Notes: generated by a model from the letters alone, not told the origin. DNA of 64,000 nucleotides from Methanobacteriota archaeon (GCA_020347565.1 CP070732.1:243582-307581); one strand, 5' to 3'; shown: positions 9,909 through 20,751, numbered from the stretch's first letter. Translations and numbers: made by a program.

Positions 9909-10961
9909 ATGTGGAACTTCCTGCCAAACGAAAAGCTCGTGATCGCGTCGCTCGTCGAGGATGCGACGAGGACGGATGCGCAGATCGCCGAACTCAACGG
10001 GATGAAAGCGGGCACGGTTGCGACGGTCAGGCGTCGGCTCATGGATGCAGGGGCGGTGTTCTATGTGAACGTTCCTGCTTTCAACAGACTCGGATGCGAG
10101 ATGATGGCCTGTCACCTGGGAACCATGGACCCCGCTCAGAGTTTCGAGTCAAAGACTTCGGACTACATGGAGTTCGTCAAGTCCTCGCCGCAGATATTCG
10201 ACGCCATCATAGGAGCGAAGTCTATCGCCTTCTACAGCGTCCTCCGCAACGCCACCGAACTGGAAAATCTCAAGGCTCATCACAGCCGCTTCTTCTCAGG
10301 CGACAGGAAGCGTTCGATGGCGCGGATATCCTCGATATCCTTCCCCTATTCCGTCTCCAAAGGCACGTACGCCCTGAACTACGCCCCGACGGTCCGCAGG
10401 TTCTTCCGACTCGACAGCCCTTGCGGGGCCGTGTGTGAGCCCACATCCGTCGAGGTCACCTCCCCCGATCTAACGGAGAACGAGAAGAAGGTGCTCACTG
10501 CCATCGTCGAGAACCCGGGCGAGCCGGACAGGGCGATAGCAGCGCGCGTGGGCATCTCCCGACAGTCTGTCACCAGGATTCGGAACAAGCTCGATGAGGA
10601 GGGGTACTTCAGGCTCGTGTGCGTCCCTAGACTGTACAGGTGGGGCTTCGAGATATTCTCCGTTGTACGCGTCTTCTTCTCGTCGGATTTCGCCTATAGC
10701 GACAGGGCGGATTCGCAGCCCAAGGAACCTGTCATGTACTCTTTCTTCTCTCTGATCAAGGCGGAAGAGGCCATCGCGAACCACATGATATGGTCGTTCC
10801 ATGACTATACCAAGGGCCTGGACGCAGGCCTCGCCTGGTACCACCGGGAGAACGCTTTCGAGGAGAACCCGATGATCACGCTGCTATCACTGGAGCACTG
10901 CCTAGAGCTGAGGACGCACGACTTCGCACCCGCGCTCAGACATGTGCTGGAACGCTGTTGA
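9909..10961 (+). CDS. Lrp/AsnC-like transcriptional regulator with duplicated HTH plus effector modules
   Basis: Two HTHs (DATRTDAQIAELNG...TVATVRRRL; PDRAIAARVGISRQSVTRIRNKL), each followed by a P-x-x-x-x-x-G-x-E linker. Confidence 0.8.
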   Translation: MWNFLPNEKLVIASLVEDATRTDAQIAELNGMKAGTVATVRRRLMDAGAVFYVNVPAFNRLGCEMMACHLGTMDPAQSFESKTSDYMEFVKSSPQIFDAIIGAKSIAFYSVLRNATELENLKAHHSRFFSGDRKRSMARISSISFPYSVSKGTYALNYAPTVRRFFRLDSPCGAVCEPTSVEVTSPDLTENEKKVLTAIVENPGEPDRAIAARVGISRQSVTRIRNKLDEEGYFRLVCVPRLYRWGFEIFSVVRVFFSSDFAYSDRADSQPKEPVMYSFFSLIKAEEAIANHMIWSFHDYTKGLDAGLAWYHRENAFEENPMITLLSLEHCLELRTHDFAPALRHVLERC

Positions 10962-11050
10962 GGTCTCGACCGCCGCACTACAGAGCAATCGGTAAATAAG
11001 TCTCTGGTCCATACTCGTGGGCGGTGGTACGGACGGAAATCACAACCCAG

Positions 11051-11479
11051 ATGACGGCCAAGTGGGTGAAGGCGGCCTTCCTGATACTCCTTGGTCTCAT
11101 CCTGCTCATATACTCTGACGGGCTGGTGGACGACCTTGAACGCAACACAGCCGAGGAGTTCAACGTGTCCTTCGAGTGGACATGGGAACTCGTGCGCATA
11201 CTGTTGTGGATCCTCGTGGCGTGGCTGTTCGTCGATGCTTTGCTGATAATCGCTCTGAGCTTCAAGGAGGACGCGTACACGTTGATGGACGTGATGACGA
11301 GGCTGAAGGCGATCGAGAGAAAGGTGACCCCCACAAGGGCCCCGGCGCCGCCCGCCCGCGTCTTGGTCGAGCCGCCTGCAGAGCCTGAGCCGGTCGTGAC
11401 CGAGCACCCCGCGGCAGCGGAGGAGCCGCCGGAACACCCGCAGCAGGACGACGAGGAGCCCCCACCGCCTCTGGAGTGA
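11051..11479 (+). CDS. Hypothetical 2-TM membrane protein with Pro/Glu-rich tail
   Basis: Two hydrophobic helices and a low-complexity EEPP tail. Confidence 0.7.
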   Translation: MTAKWVKAAFLILLGLILLIYSDGLVDDLERNTAEEFNVSFEWTWELVRILLWILVAWLFVDALLIIALSFKEDAYTLMDVMTRLKAIERKVTPTRAPAPPARVLVEPPAEPEPVVTEHPAAAEEPPEHPQQDDEEPPPPLE

Positions 11480-11488
11480 CGCCGCGGC

Positions 11489-13810
11489 CTATTCGTTCTT
11501 GCTCTTCTTGTCGGCGCGCTCACCCTTCTCCTGCCGCTTGGGGCAGTCCATGTTTATGCAGAGCACCCAAGGGGCCTTGCGCCGCGCCTGCCAGACCTTG
11601 ATTATCGGCGCCCCACAGGCGTCGCAGGCCTCTTCCGTGGGGACGATCCTGCCCCTTTGCGGCAACGGGTACATCCTCTTGCACTCCGGGTAGTTCGTGC
11701 ATCCGGCGAACCGTTTGGCCTTCCTGGACTGGATGGATATCATGTCGCCGCCGCAGTCCGGACACTTGCCGACAAGCCTCTGCTTCCTTGCGCCATCGCA
11801 TTTCGGGTCTATGCACAGGACGACGGGCGACTGTCCCTTCGAGACCGTCTTGATCTTCGGAGCCCCGCAGACCTCGCACGAGCCCTCGCCAGGGAGCACG
11901 AGCATGCCTCTCGGGAGCGGATACGCGTTCCTGCAGGCCGGGTAGCTGGAGCAACCGGCGAAGGTGTCTCCGCCCTTCCCTCGTATCTCGACGAGCTCCC
12001 CGGAGTCGCATTGGGGGCACTTCCCCAGGGACCGCTGCTTCTTCAGGGCCTTTCTGATGTCGTCGCCGATCTCCTTCTTATTGCGCTCAAGGACGTCTAT
12101 GATGTCGACGAGCATCGCCTGGCTCTCCTCGAGGACGTCCGGCTGCTCGCGCTCGCCCTTCGCGATCAGATCCATCTCGAGTTCGAGATGGGCGGTCATC
12201 TTCGCGTCCGTTATCTTGTACTCATCGTGGAGCCTCGCGTGGTCCTCGAGGGCCGATATGACGGCTATGCCGCTCTCCGTCGGCTCGATCCTCTGGCCCT
12301 TGACGAACCGCCTGTCGAAGAGCTTCTGCAGCGCCTCATGCCGGGTGCTCTTCGTGCCCAGGCCCATCTTCTCCATCTCCTGGATAAGCGTGCCCTGAGA
12401 GAACCTCGACGGCGGCTGCGTCTTCTTCTCCGCGGAGGTGATGCGGAGCACCTCGGCGGAATCGCCGGTCTTCATCTCGGGCAGGGAGACCTCGTTGACC
12501 CTGTAGTACGGATAGTACTTCCTCCATCCGGGCGACACTATCTCGTCTCCCTCGCTCACGAACGGCTCCTCGCCTATGTTGAGCTCCACACGCGTCTTCT
12601 TCGACCTGCACGCCGGGGCCAGAGTGGCGAGGAACCTCCTCGTGACGAGCTCGTAGACCGTCCATCTCCCGCCCTTCAGCTCGCTCTTCGTGGCGCCTTC
12701 GACCGGGTGGATGGGCGGGTGGTCTGTCGTGAACGATCTTCCCCTGGACGGCCTGAGCGTCTCCTGCGACAGCACCTCCTCTGCCTCCTCCGAGAGGTCG
12801 GACCGTCTGAGCTTCTCCAGGATGGCCTTGAGGCTCAGCGACGGAGGGTATACGGTGTTGTCGGTCCTCGGATACGATATGTATCCGTCCGTGTAGAGGC
12901 CCTCCGCGATCTTCATCGCCTGCGCCGCTGTGATCCCTCTCTTCGTAGCCTCCGCCAGGAATATGGTCGTGTTGAACGGGCATGGCGGGTACTCGACGCC
13001 CTCCTTAAGTTCGATGTCTCCGACCACGGCTTCCTTGGTGCGCCTCGCGCGCGACGCCGCCCCGCGCGCCTCCGTCTTCTCCTCGAACTTGCCGTGTGAG
13101 TGTGACGCCTTGAACTCCGATCCCCTCCGCAGGTCGGCGCCCACGACCCAGTACGGAATCGGCTTGAACTCTCTGATGCTCCTCTCCTTCGCAACTATCA
13201 GGGCAAGTGTCGGCGTCTGAACTCTGCCGACTGAGAGGAAGTCGTTGCCCATCTGCCCCGAGGCGAGCGACATGAACCGCGTGAGCGAGGCGCCCCACGC
13301 GAGGTCGATGTACTGCCTTGTCTCGGCCGCCGTCGCGAGCTTGTAGTCGACCTCGACGAGGTCTGCGAAAGCCCTCTCGACCTCGGCCTTAGTGAGGGCG
13401 CTGAACCTGGCCCTCTTCACCGGCAGCTTCGAGCCCGCATGCTCCAACGCCTCGACGCCTATCAGCTCGCCCTCGCGGTCGTAGTCCGTCGCCACGATGA
13501 CCTCGTCCGACTTGGCGACGGTCTCCCTGAGCGCTCTCATGATCTTCTTCGCTGAGGGGTCGACTCCCTTGACAGGTTCGGCCTCCACGAGCTCCCTCGG
13601 GGGCGTCTTCTCCCAATCGTTCAGCTCGTCGGGGTAGTCGAGTTCGACGATGTGGCCCCTGAGCCCGAGCACGCTATACTCGTCGGAATCCTTCGCGAAG
13701 CGGAGAACTGGCGTGCCGGCCACGCTCTGGGTCTTATAGGAGCCGTTCGAGAGGATCAGGGCGATCCTCCGCGCGGCATGGCTCTTCTCACAGACGATGA
13801 GCCGACGCAT
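11489..13810 (-). CDS. topA: DNA topoisomerase IA with C-terminal zinc ribbons
   Basis: TOPRIM CEK and ATDYDREGE, SVGRVQTP, catalytic GYISYPRTD, repeated C4 ribbons. Confidence 0.96.
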   Translation of the reverse strand: MRRLIVCEKSHAARRIALILSNGSYKTQSVAGTPVLRFAKDSDEYSVLGLRGHIVELDYPDELNDWEKTPPRELVEAEPVKGVDPSAKKIMRALRETVAKSDEVIVATDYDREGELIGVEALEHAGSKLPVKRARFSALTKAEVERAFADLVEVDYKLATAAETRQYIDLAWGASLTRFMSLASGQMGNDFLSVGRVQTPTLALIVAKERSIREFKPIPYWVVGADLRRGSEFKASHSHGKFEEKTEARGAASRARRTKEAVVGDIELKEGVEYPPCPFNTTIFLAEATKRGITAAQAMKIAEGLYTDGYISYPRTDNTVYPPSLSLKAILEKLRRSDLSEEAEEVLSQETLRPSRGRSFTTDHPPIHPVEGATKSELKGGRWTVYELVTRRFLATLAPACRSKKTRVELNIGEEPFVSEGDEIVSPGWRKYYPYYRVNEVSLPEMKTGDSAEVLRITSAEKKTQPPSRFSQGTLIQEMEKMGLGTKSTRHEALQKLFDRRFVKGQRIEPTESGIAVISALEDHARLHDEYKITDAKMTAHLELEMDLIAKGEREQPDVLEESQAMLVDIIDVLERNKKEIGDDIRKALKKQRSLGKCPQCDSGELVEIRGKGGDTFAGCSSYPACRNAYPLPRGMLVLPGEGSCEVCGAPKIKTVSKGQSPVVLCIDPKCDGARKQRLVGKCPDCGGDMISIQSRKAKRFAGCTNYPECKRMYPLPQRGRIVPTEEACDACGAPIIKVWQARRKAPWVLCINMDCPKRQEKGERADKKSKNE

Positions 13811-13906
13811 CTCTGGCAAGATGATTGGGGGCTTATTTAACTGTGATGTACGGCAGGTGCTGCTCTCGGCTCACCCCAAACGACGGGGCCCAGCCCCGTC
13901 GTGACC

Positions 13907-15211
13907 TCACCATCGCTCCCTTCTCAGGTCGAGAAGCTCGCTTCGGCGGCGCCCGAGCCCCAGCAGGTGAACGGGCACTCCGATCTCCTTCTCCAGGAAT
14001 CCGACGTAGTACCTCATGCTCCTGGGCAGCCGAGCGAGCCCCCCGTTCAGGAAGTCCTCCAGCCTCGCGGGTTCCAGGTCGTCCCAGCCATCGAAGGACC
14101 TGTAGACCGGCACAACCCTCTCGAGCGTCCTCATGTCCGGCGGGAAGCTGCTCAGCCTCTTGCCATCAACCGTGTAGTGCGTGCACACCTTGACCTCGTC
14201 CAGTCCGCCGAGCACATCCACCTTTGTGAGCGCCAGCCCCGTGAAGCCGTTCAGCGAGTGGGAGTATCTCAGCACCGCGAGGTCGAGCCATCCGCATCGG
14301 CGCGTGCGCCCGGTTGTCGTGCCGAACTCCCCGCCCTTCTCGGCGATGCGCTCGCCGGTCTCGTCATGCAGCTCCGTCGGGAGCGGGCCCGCGCCCACGC
14401 GAGTCGTGTACGCCTTCACGACACCGATTATCGCGCCCATGGCCGTCGGTGGGATGCCTGCCCCTGCAGCGGCGTTGGCGCTGATGGTCGAGGACGAGGT
14501 CACGTACGGATAGGTGCCATGGTCTATGTCCAGCATCGTACCCTGCGCTCCCTCGAAGAGGACCTTCCTGCCCTTCGACAGCGCCTCAGATATCATCGAA
14601 CCCGTGTCGGTGATGAAAGGCTTGAGGGACCGCCCGTAGCCGGCGTAATCCTCGAATGCCTTTTTCCCGTCAACCCTTTGGTCGCTTCCTAACGCCTCAA
14701 GCATTTTGTTCTTCAGGGGCACGAGGAAGTCCATCCTGTTCCTCAGGAGCGGCTCATCGACGAGCTCGCCCATCCTAACGCCGAGCCGCGCGGCCTTGTC
14801 GGCGTATGCAGGGCCTATGCCCCTTCCGGTCGTGCCGACCTTCGCGCCCTCCCTGAGACGCTCCTCTGCGCCGTCGAGCAGCTTGTGGTATGGCATGATG
14901 ACATGTGCCCTGTCGCTTATCCTGAGGTTGTCTGCGCCCTTCCCCCTGGCCTGTATGTCCTCGATCTCTTTCAGAATCACCCCGGGGTCGATCACGACGC
15001 CGTTCCCTATGACCGCCAGCTTACCTGGTCGGAGTATGCCGGATGGCAGGTGGTGCAGCTTGAAGAGCTCCTCGCCGATCTTCACGCTGTGGCCGGCGTT
15101 GTTTCCGCCCTGAAACCTCACCACGACGTCGGCTTCGCCGGCGAGGTAGTCGACCACCTTCCCCTTCCCTTCGTCACCCCACTGCGTGCCAATTACGGCC
15201 AACGTCGGCAT
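13907..15211 (-). CDS. purA: Adenylosuccinate synthetase
   Basis: QWGDEGKGK, GGNNAGH, EGAQG, GTYPYVTSS, EFGTTTGR. Confidence 0.98.
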   Translation of the reverse strand: MPTLAVIGTQWGDEGKGKVVDYLAGEADVVVRFQGGNNAGHSVKIGEELFKLHHLPSGILRPGKLAVIGNGVVIDPGVILKEIEDIQARGKGADNLRISDRAHVIMPYHKLLDGAEERLREGAKVGTTGRGIGPAYADKAARLGVRMGELVDEPLLRNRMDFLVPLKNKMLEALGSDQRVDGKKAFEDYAGYGRSLKPFITDTGSMISEALSKGRKVLFEGAQGTMLDIDHGTYPYVTSSSTISANAAAGAGIPPTAMGAIIGVVKAYTTRVGAGPLPTELHDETGERIAEKGGEFGTTTGRTRRCGWLDLAVLRYSHSLNGFTGLALTKVDVLGGLDEVKVCTHYTVDGKRLSSFPPDMRTLERVVPVYRSFDGWDDLEPARLEDFLNGGLARLPRSMRYYVGFLEKEIGVPVHLLGLGRRRSELLDLRRERW

Positions 15212-15272
15212 GTTCTCGCCGGAGTCATTGCCAGATGCCGTAATAAAGGCTTCTCAGCTCAGCGCGTCCGGG

Positions 15273-16397
15273 TCAGGGTACGGACAGCTCGACGAAGAGC
15301 CTGAGCAGCTCTTCCGCCTCTAGGTCCGTCTTCACGCCCTTCGGAGCGAAATGCGTCGGGGAGGCGCATGCCCCGTGTGCCCTCAGCCCCTCCAACAGGC
15401 ACGACAGCCGAGGCGGCTGGCGTTTTGAGCGTTGCGCGAGCTCGTCGACATCGAAGAAGAGGCCGGGCGCGTCCACCTCCTGCCTCCAGAGGTCGACCAT
15501 CTTCTCGCAGCGTCGCCGCGTCCCCAGTCCCTCGGTCGGCGCGAGCGAATCGACGACGCCTCCCGAATGCAGCTCTCCCGTCCAGAGGGGGCCTGCGAAC
15601 TCCCGGGATGCCTCAGACACTTCCTCCGCGAAACCCCTCCGCAATGTCGCCTCGTCAGCGACGGCATAGCCGATCCTTTCCAGGGACTGGTCCGCCCTCC
15701 TCGCGCCGTTCCGCATCCTTATGTGGCACCTGTAGTAGTGGTCCGCGTGGAAGCAGAGCACCGGCTCGATGCCTCTGTCGTGCTTCGCCGCTTCCCTCGC
15801 GATGTACCCAATGAGTATTCGCAGTGCCGTCTCGTGCGAGAAAGCGCTCTTCATCGACCTCGCGCCGTACCTGCGCAGGCAGGTCTTGGGATACGTGCCC
15901 GCTAGGGGCGCTGTGTCCGTGGCCGTCACCGCCACGATCCCCCCGTTGCTGCAGCTCTGGACGGCCGCGTCGACGAAGCCTATCGGCGTGCCGAAGGGGT
16001 CGATGTCGATGTAGGCGTAGCGCGCTTCCGCGAGCAGCGCCCGCAGGTCCCTGCAGCAGGTCGTCACCTCGTCCGTCAGGCCGTTCAGCTCCGCATTCCT
16101 CAGCATGAGCTCGTGCGCCTCTGCAGAACGGTCGTTCAACGTGAACCGCGCCCCTGAACCGCACTCGTTGGCCATCCTCAGCCCCCGGACGCCTGAGGCG
16201 GCGAGTCCGTCGAGCGCGCGCGAGCCCTCCTCAAGGGCGACGCTGCCGAGCATGACGGAGACGTCCCGGCTGAACTCCATCTGCCTGTTGTAGAACACGT
16301 CACCGGAGGCCTTGCCCGGCCCCCGACCGCAGAAGCCTCGCGGCACCATCAGGTCGGTGGCGCCCTCGCGTATGCGGACGAGGTCCTTCGTACTCAC
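15273..16397 (-). CDS. trm1: tRNA (guanine26-N2)-dimethyltransferase
   Basis: VFYNRQMEFSRD, LAASGVRGLR, DIDPFGTP, VTATD. Confidence 0.93.
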   Translation of the reverse strand: MSTKDLVRIREGATDLMVPRGFCGRGPGKASGDVFYNRQMEFSRDVSVMLGSVALEEGSRALDGLAASGVRGLRMANECGSGARFTLNDRSAEAHELMLRNAELNGLTDEVTTCCRDLRALLAEARYAYIDIDPFGTPIGFVDAAVQSCSNGGIVAVTATDTAPLAGTYPKTCLRRYGARSMKSAFSHETALRILIGYIAREAAKHDRGIEPVLCFHADHYYRCHIRMRNGARRADQSLERIGYAVADEATLRRGFAEEVSEASREFAGPLWTGELHSGGVVDSLAPTEGLGTRRRCEKMVDLWRQEVDAPGLFFDVDELAQRSKRQPPRLSCLLEGLRAHGACASPTHFAPKGVKTDLEAEELLRLFVELSVP

Positions 16398-16942
16398 AGG
16401 TACTCGCCCTTCATGAGTTTCATTATCTTGTACGGCAAGAGGTTCCTGTTGATCGGGGTGACTTCGAGTATTCGCACGTCGTCCCTCCTGCGTATGTCCT
16501 GCAGCAGGGGGTTCCGGGACTTCTTGTGTAGCGTGAGTATCATCGGCTTGCTCACCTCCATCGCGTCCTTGACCGCCTTGACGAACCTGTCGGACTCCAC
16601 CTCCATCTTGCCGACCTCGTCTATGACGATCACGTCCGCATTGTTGCTGGCGTCCACCACCGCCTCCACGCCGACGGTGTCGAGCGACTCCAGGTTGACG
16701 CCGTACTTGCCGACATAGAACTTCGATTCGGTGTCTATGTGGGCGAACACGGCCTTCTTCCTCGTCCGCCAGTCCATGACGTAGAACCCGACCCTTTTGC
16801 CGTTCTCCACGATGGGCTCGGTGATCATCCCGCCAACTACCAGCCCCTCGTCCTCGAGCATCTCGATGACCTTGACTAGTGCCTGAGTCTTGCCGGCCCC
16901 AGGAAGCCCCGTTATGCCTACCTTTATCCCCCTCGCTATCAT
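16394..16942 (-). CDS. Nucleoside-triphosphatase (THEP1/NTPase_1 family)
   Basis: ITGLPGAGKT, VGKYGV, VIDEVGKME. Confidence 0.92.
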   Translation of the reverse strand: MIARGIKVGITGLPGAGKTQALVKVIEMLEDEGLVVGGMITEPIVENGKRVGFYVMDWRTRKKAVFAHIDTESKFYVGKYGVNLESLDTVGVEAVVDASNNADVIVIDEVGKMEVESDRFVKAVKDAMEVSKPMILTLHKKSRNPLLQDIRRRDDVRILEVTPINRNLLPYKIMKLMKGEYL

Positions 16943-17048
16943 CTCACCCCGCGGCCGAAGTGCTGGCTTCGGTATGGGTCTTCAAATATATGATGAATTG
17001 CATAAATCTACGGGCCCTCACCTGCATTCCCATGCCCGCATGCTGCTC

Positions 17049-17435
17049 TCAGACGGTTTCGATGCTCTTGATGAACATCAGGGGATAGCTCATGTCCTCC
17101 ACGAACTCCATACGTGCCTCGACCCTGCTGGTCTTGTACCGGACCACGAGATTGACGTCCAGCATCTCCCCGGTCAGCGAGACGTAATCGAACTCCCCGC
17201 GCTTGCTCTTGAGCCTTGCCCTATCGATCCGGACACGCACGCTCTCGACGAACGGCTGCACCTTGCACCCCTCCTCAATCGCCCGCTCGAGCGTCTGAGC
17301 GTTGTCCGCGCTCACTGGTATGCCTACGAACTGGTGGTATATGGTACCCATCTTGATCCCGGCCTCGAAGGCTGCGCGCTCGGAGTCGCTGCAGTCGAAA
17401 TGCCCGTTCGCCGTCTGCTCCCTCGAATCTCCCAT
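17049..17435 (-). CDS. mptD: Archaeal dihydroneopterin aldolase
   Basis: ERAAFEAGIKMGTIYHQFVG...QPFV...YPLM is the family pattern. Confidence 0.85.
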   Translation of the reverse strand: MGDSREQTANGHFDCSDSERAAFEAGIKMGTIYHQFVGIPVSADNAQTLERAIEEGCKVQPFVESVRVRIDRARLKSKRGEFDYVSLTGEMLDVNLVVRYKTSRVEARMEFVEDMSYPLMFIKSIETV

Positions 17436-17551
17436 GTGCAAGAACTCCTCGCCCTGCCCGACAGAATCCGAGCCAGGGCCTCGCGATGGCCGTACGTGAG
17501 GCCTCCGTATATAATGTTTGGCCGCCACGGCGGCGGCCGCGCTGGCGCCGG

Positions 17552-18232
17552 TCACCTGAACAGCATCTTGGCGTCCACGACGACGACGCCTTTCTCCTTG
17601 ACGAAGACGGGGTTCAGGTCCATCTGGTCGAGGCTCTCCATGTACTTCACGCCGAGGTCGGACACCTGCAGCAGCAGGTCGAGCAGCGCATCCCTGTCGA
17701 CCTTGATCTTGCGGTAGCCCTCCAGTATCGGCGCCGCCTTGATCTCGGTCAGCATCTCCTCGGCGTCCCGCCTCTTGATCGGGACCACCCTGAAGGTAAC
17801 ATCCTTGTAGACTTCCGTGTAGATCCCGCCCAGGCCGAACATGATCGTCAGCCCGAACGTGGGGTCGTCTATCAGACCGATTATCACCTCCACTCTCCGG
17901 TCCTGCATCGACTCGACCAGTATGGGCTCGGTGACGAACTTCTTCCTAAGCCTGGCGAACTCCTCCTCGAACTGGTCCTTCTGCACATCCAGGACGACGC
18001 CGCCCACGTCCGTCTTGTGCAGTATGTCCGGCGAGCACACCTTCATGACAACCGGGAACTTCAGCTTCCCCTGGTCCACCTCGTCGTACGAGGTCACGAC
18101 CTGGAAGTCCGTGGTGGGTATGCCCGACTCCCTGAGCAGCATCTTGACCTCGTTCTCGGCGAGGGCTTTGCGCCCCTGCTTCAGAACAGAATCGACGATC
18201 ACGCCGCTCATCCCAGGCCTCTCCATCGCCAT
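17552..18232 (-). CDS. acdB: ADP-forming acyl-CoA synthetase beta subunit (ATP-grasp)
   Basis: FPVVMK, HKTDVGGV, DPTFG, MFGLGG, DLNP. Confidence 0.9.
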   Translation of the reverse strand: MAMERPGMSGVIVDSVLKQGRKALAENEVKMLLRESGIPTTDFQVVTSYDEVDQGKLKFPVVMKVCSPDILHKTDVGGVVLDVQKDQFEEEFARLRKKFVTEPILVESMQDRRVEVIIGLIDDPTFGLTIMFGLGGIYTEVYKDVTFRVVPIKRRDAEEMLTEIKAAPILEGYRKIKVDRDALLDLLLQVSDLGVKYMESLDQMDLNPVFVKEKGVVVVDAKMLFR

Positions 18233-18240
18233 CGACGCCC

Positions 18241-18828
18241 TTAATCCTTGTCCTTTCCCTGCATGGCCTCGGCGCCCAGGTCCCTGCCGGCGGCGAGGGC
18301 GTTCTTGTTCAGGTCGTAGGTCGCCTTTGGCACGATCTCCAGCATCGCCTTCTCAAGGGCCTCGTTGCTCACCATGTTGGAGATCTCCCTGAGGGCGCCG
18401 AGCATGACCACGTTCGCCACGACCCTCGTGCCCATCTCCTCGGCCGCCCTCGTCGCCCTTATGCGGTAGACGTGTCCCTGCGGCTTCTCAGGCACGAGGT
18501 CGGGATCGAGGAGGATCCTCGTCTCCGGCTTGACGTCGTTTATGTACTTGTCGTAGCCCTGCCTTGACATGACGACCAGGTAGTCCGGTATCTCGACGAA
18601 CGGGTAGTGCATCTCCTCGGCGGAGAGCTTGACGTCGCATTTGGAGTGCCCTCCCCTGGCAGATGGGCCGTAGGACTGCGTTTGTATGGCGCTCTTCCTC
18701 TTCACCTTGCCGTCCGGACCGACCGGCAGGTCGTGCAGGGCGGCGGCGCGTGCGAGGACGATGCCCATCAGGATCACGCCCTGCCCCCCGAAGCCGGTGA
18801 ACCTAATGCCCATCTCCGTGGGAACCAC
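18241..18828 (-). CDS. korC: 2-oxoacid:ferredoxin oxidoreductase gamma subunit
   Basis: GFGGQGV, QSYGPSARGG, NVVMLG. Confidence 0.9.
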   Translation of the reverse strand: MVPTEMGIRFTGFGGQGVILMGIVLARAAALHDLPVGPDGKVKRKSAIQTQSYGPSARGGHSKCDVKLSAEEMHYPFVEIPDYLVVMSRQGYDKYINDVKPETRILLDPDLVPEKPQGHVYRIRATRAAEEMGTRVVANVVMLGALREISNMVSNEALEKAMLEIVPKATYDLNKNALAAGRDLGAEAMQGKDKD

Positions 18829-19621
18829 CTCCCTTGCGCTCGTGGTAGCATTCGCGGTCCCTGCTCACGAACTCCCCTACCGTCACCTGGCCTGCCAGGT
18901 TCAGGTCCACGTGGTCTATCGCCGCCGCGCGCACCTTGTCCCGCCTGATCGAGCTCTCCTTGAACCAGTCGAGCAGCGCGGACGGGTCCGGCATCTTGTT
19001 CCGCCTTCCGAAATTAGTAGGGCACTGCGACACAACCTCCACGAAGTTGAAACCCTTCTTCGTGAGCGAAGTCCTCATCGACTTCGTCAGCTCGTGCACG
19101 TGCCTCGTCGTCCATCGGGCGACGTAGTTGGCCCCTGCCGCCACCGCGATCTCAGCGAGATCGAACGGGTACTCCTTGTTGCCCTGGGGCGTGGTCGTCG
19201 ACATGTAATCGTGGGGCGTCGTGATGGACGCCTGTCCGCCCGTCATGCCGTAGATGTTGTTGTTGATGCATATCACGTCGAGGTCGACGTTGCGCCTGCA
19301 GCCGTTGATGAAGTGGTTGCCTCCGATGGCGCCGAGGTCGCCGTCGCCGGTGAATACGACCACGTCTAGTTCCGGCCGGGACAGCTTCAGGCCGGTCGCG
19401 AACGCTATCGCCCTCCCGTGGGTCGTGTGTATCGCGTCGGAGTTGATGTAGAGCGGTATCCTGGAGGAGCAGCCTATGCCGCTGACGAAGACCGTGTTCT
19501 CCAGCTTCCACCCCACATCGTTGAAAGCTCTGAAGAAGCAGTTCATGATGGTGCCGTTTCCGCATCCGGGGCAGAACACGTGCGGCCAGTGGTCCTTCCT
19601 GTACAGGTCGAACAGCTCCAT
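18803..19621 (-). CDS. korB: 2-oxoacid:ferredoxin oxidoreductase beta subunit
   Basis: FCPGCG, SGIGCS, TPP motif GDGD...NN, YGMTGGQ, SQCP. Confidence 0.93.
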   Translation of the reverse strand: MELFDLYRKDHWPHVFCPGCGNGTIMNCFFRAFNDVGWKLENTVFVSGIGCSSRIPLYINSDAIHTTHGRAIAFATGLKLSRPELDVVVFTGDGDLGAIGGNHFINGCRRNVDLDVICINNNIYGMTGGQASITTPHDYMSTTTPQGNKEYPFDLAEIAVAAGANYVARWTTRHVHELTKSMRTSLTKKGFNFVEVVSQCPTNFGRRNKMPDPSALLDWFKESSIRRDKVRAAAIDHVDLNLAGQVTVGEFVSRDRECYHERKGGGSHGDGH

Positions 19622-20751
19622 CAGATCGCCCCCATCTCCCTAAGCTTGTGCCGCACCTCGCCAGGCGTGGGCGGCTCGCCGCCAACCTTCGAGAGGAACT
19701 CCACGCGGCTGCATCCCGCTTCGAGGACGACGCGCTTGATCTCCCAGTAGAGCTGTCCCAGGTTCATCTCGCACACGAGCATCTGATCGCAGCTGGCCGC
19801 GGCCTCGGCGATCGGCTCAACGGGCAGCGGCCAGATGGTCTTCAAGCGCAGGAGACCGATGCGGTCGTCCTTGGCGGCGACCTCGCGGCCGCCGAACGAC
19901 GCGGAACCGTACGAGACTATCATGGTCTTCGAGTCCGGCTCGATTACCTCCCATTTGTTTATGTCTCGCCTGTTCTTCGTGATCTTCTCGTTGAGACGCC
20001 TCACCAGCTCCTGGTGTATTCTCGGATCCTCGGGTTCGATGGCCGCCTTCCCAGAGTGCGTTATGCCGGTGACCATCGCCTTGTGCCCCTTGCCGAAGGT
20101 GGGGAACGGGGGCACGAGGTCGTCGGGCACGTCATACGCCTCGTCAGAGCGTCGCACGCCCTTCTCCTTCCTGTTGACGATCTTGACCTCCTTCGGGACG
20201 GTCAACAGCCCTCTCATGTGGCCTATCTCGGCATCGGAGAGGACGAACGTGGGTACGCGGTACTTCTCGGCGTAGTTGAACGCCTTGACCGTGAGGTCGA
20301 ACATCTCCTGGACGTTGGCGGGGGCGAAGGCTATGACCTGATAGTCTCCGTGGGAGCCGTACTTCGTCGCCATTATGTCCCCCTGCGAGGCGCGCGTCGG
20401 CTGCCCCGTCGACGGCCCTCCCCTCATCACGTTAACTACGACGACCGGCGTCTCCGTCATGGCCGCGTAGCCGATCGCCTCCTGCATGAGCGAGAATCCG
20501 GGCCCGGAGGTGGCCGTCATGGCCTTGGCCCCTCCCCAGGAGGCTCCGATCACCGCGGATATGCAGGCTATCTCGTCCTCCATCTGGAGGAACTCCCCGC
20601 CCGCCTGGGGCAGCTTCGCCGCGAGCCCCTCGGCTATCTCCGTCGATGGCGTTATGGGATACCCTGCAAAGAACTTCGCACCTGCCAGCATGGACGCCTC
20701 GACGCAGGCCTCGTTGCCCTGGAGGAAGTACTCACCCGGCTTTATCGACAT
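19621..20751 (-). CDS. korA: 2-oxoacid:ferredoxin oxidoreductase alpha subunit
   Basis: GYPITPSTE, QMEDE, ATSGPG, RGGPSTG. Confidence 0.93.
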   Translation of the reverse strand: MSIKPGEYFLQGNEACVEASMLAGAKFFAGYPITPSTEIAEGLAAKLPQAGGEFLQMEDEIACISAVIGASWGGAKAMTATSGPGFSLMQEAIGYAAMTETPVVVVNVMRGGPSTGQPTRASQGDIMATKYGSHGDYQVIAFAPANVQEMFDLTVKAFNYAEKYRVPTFVLSDAEIGHMRGLLTVPKEVKIVNRKEKGVRRSDEAYDVPDDLVPPFPTFGKGHKAMVTGITHSGKAAIEPEDPRIHQELVRRLNEKITKNRRDINKWEVIEPDSKTMIVSYGSASFGGREVAAKDDRIGLLRLKTIWPLPVEPIAEAAASCDQMLVCEMNLGQLYWEIKRVVLEAGCSRVEFLSKVGGEPPTPGEVRHKLREMGAI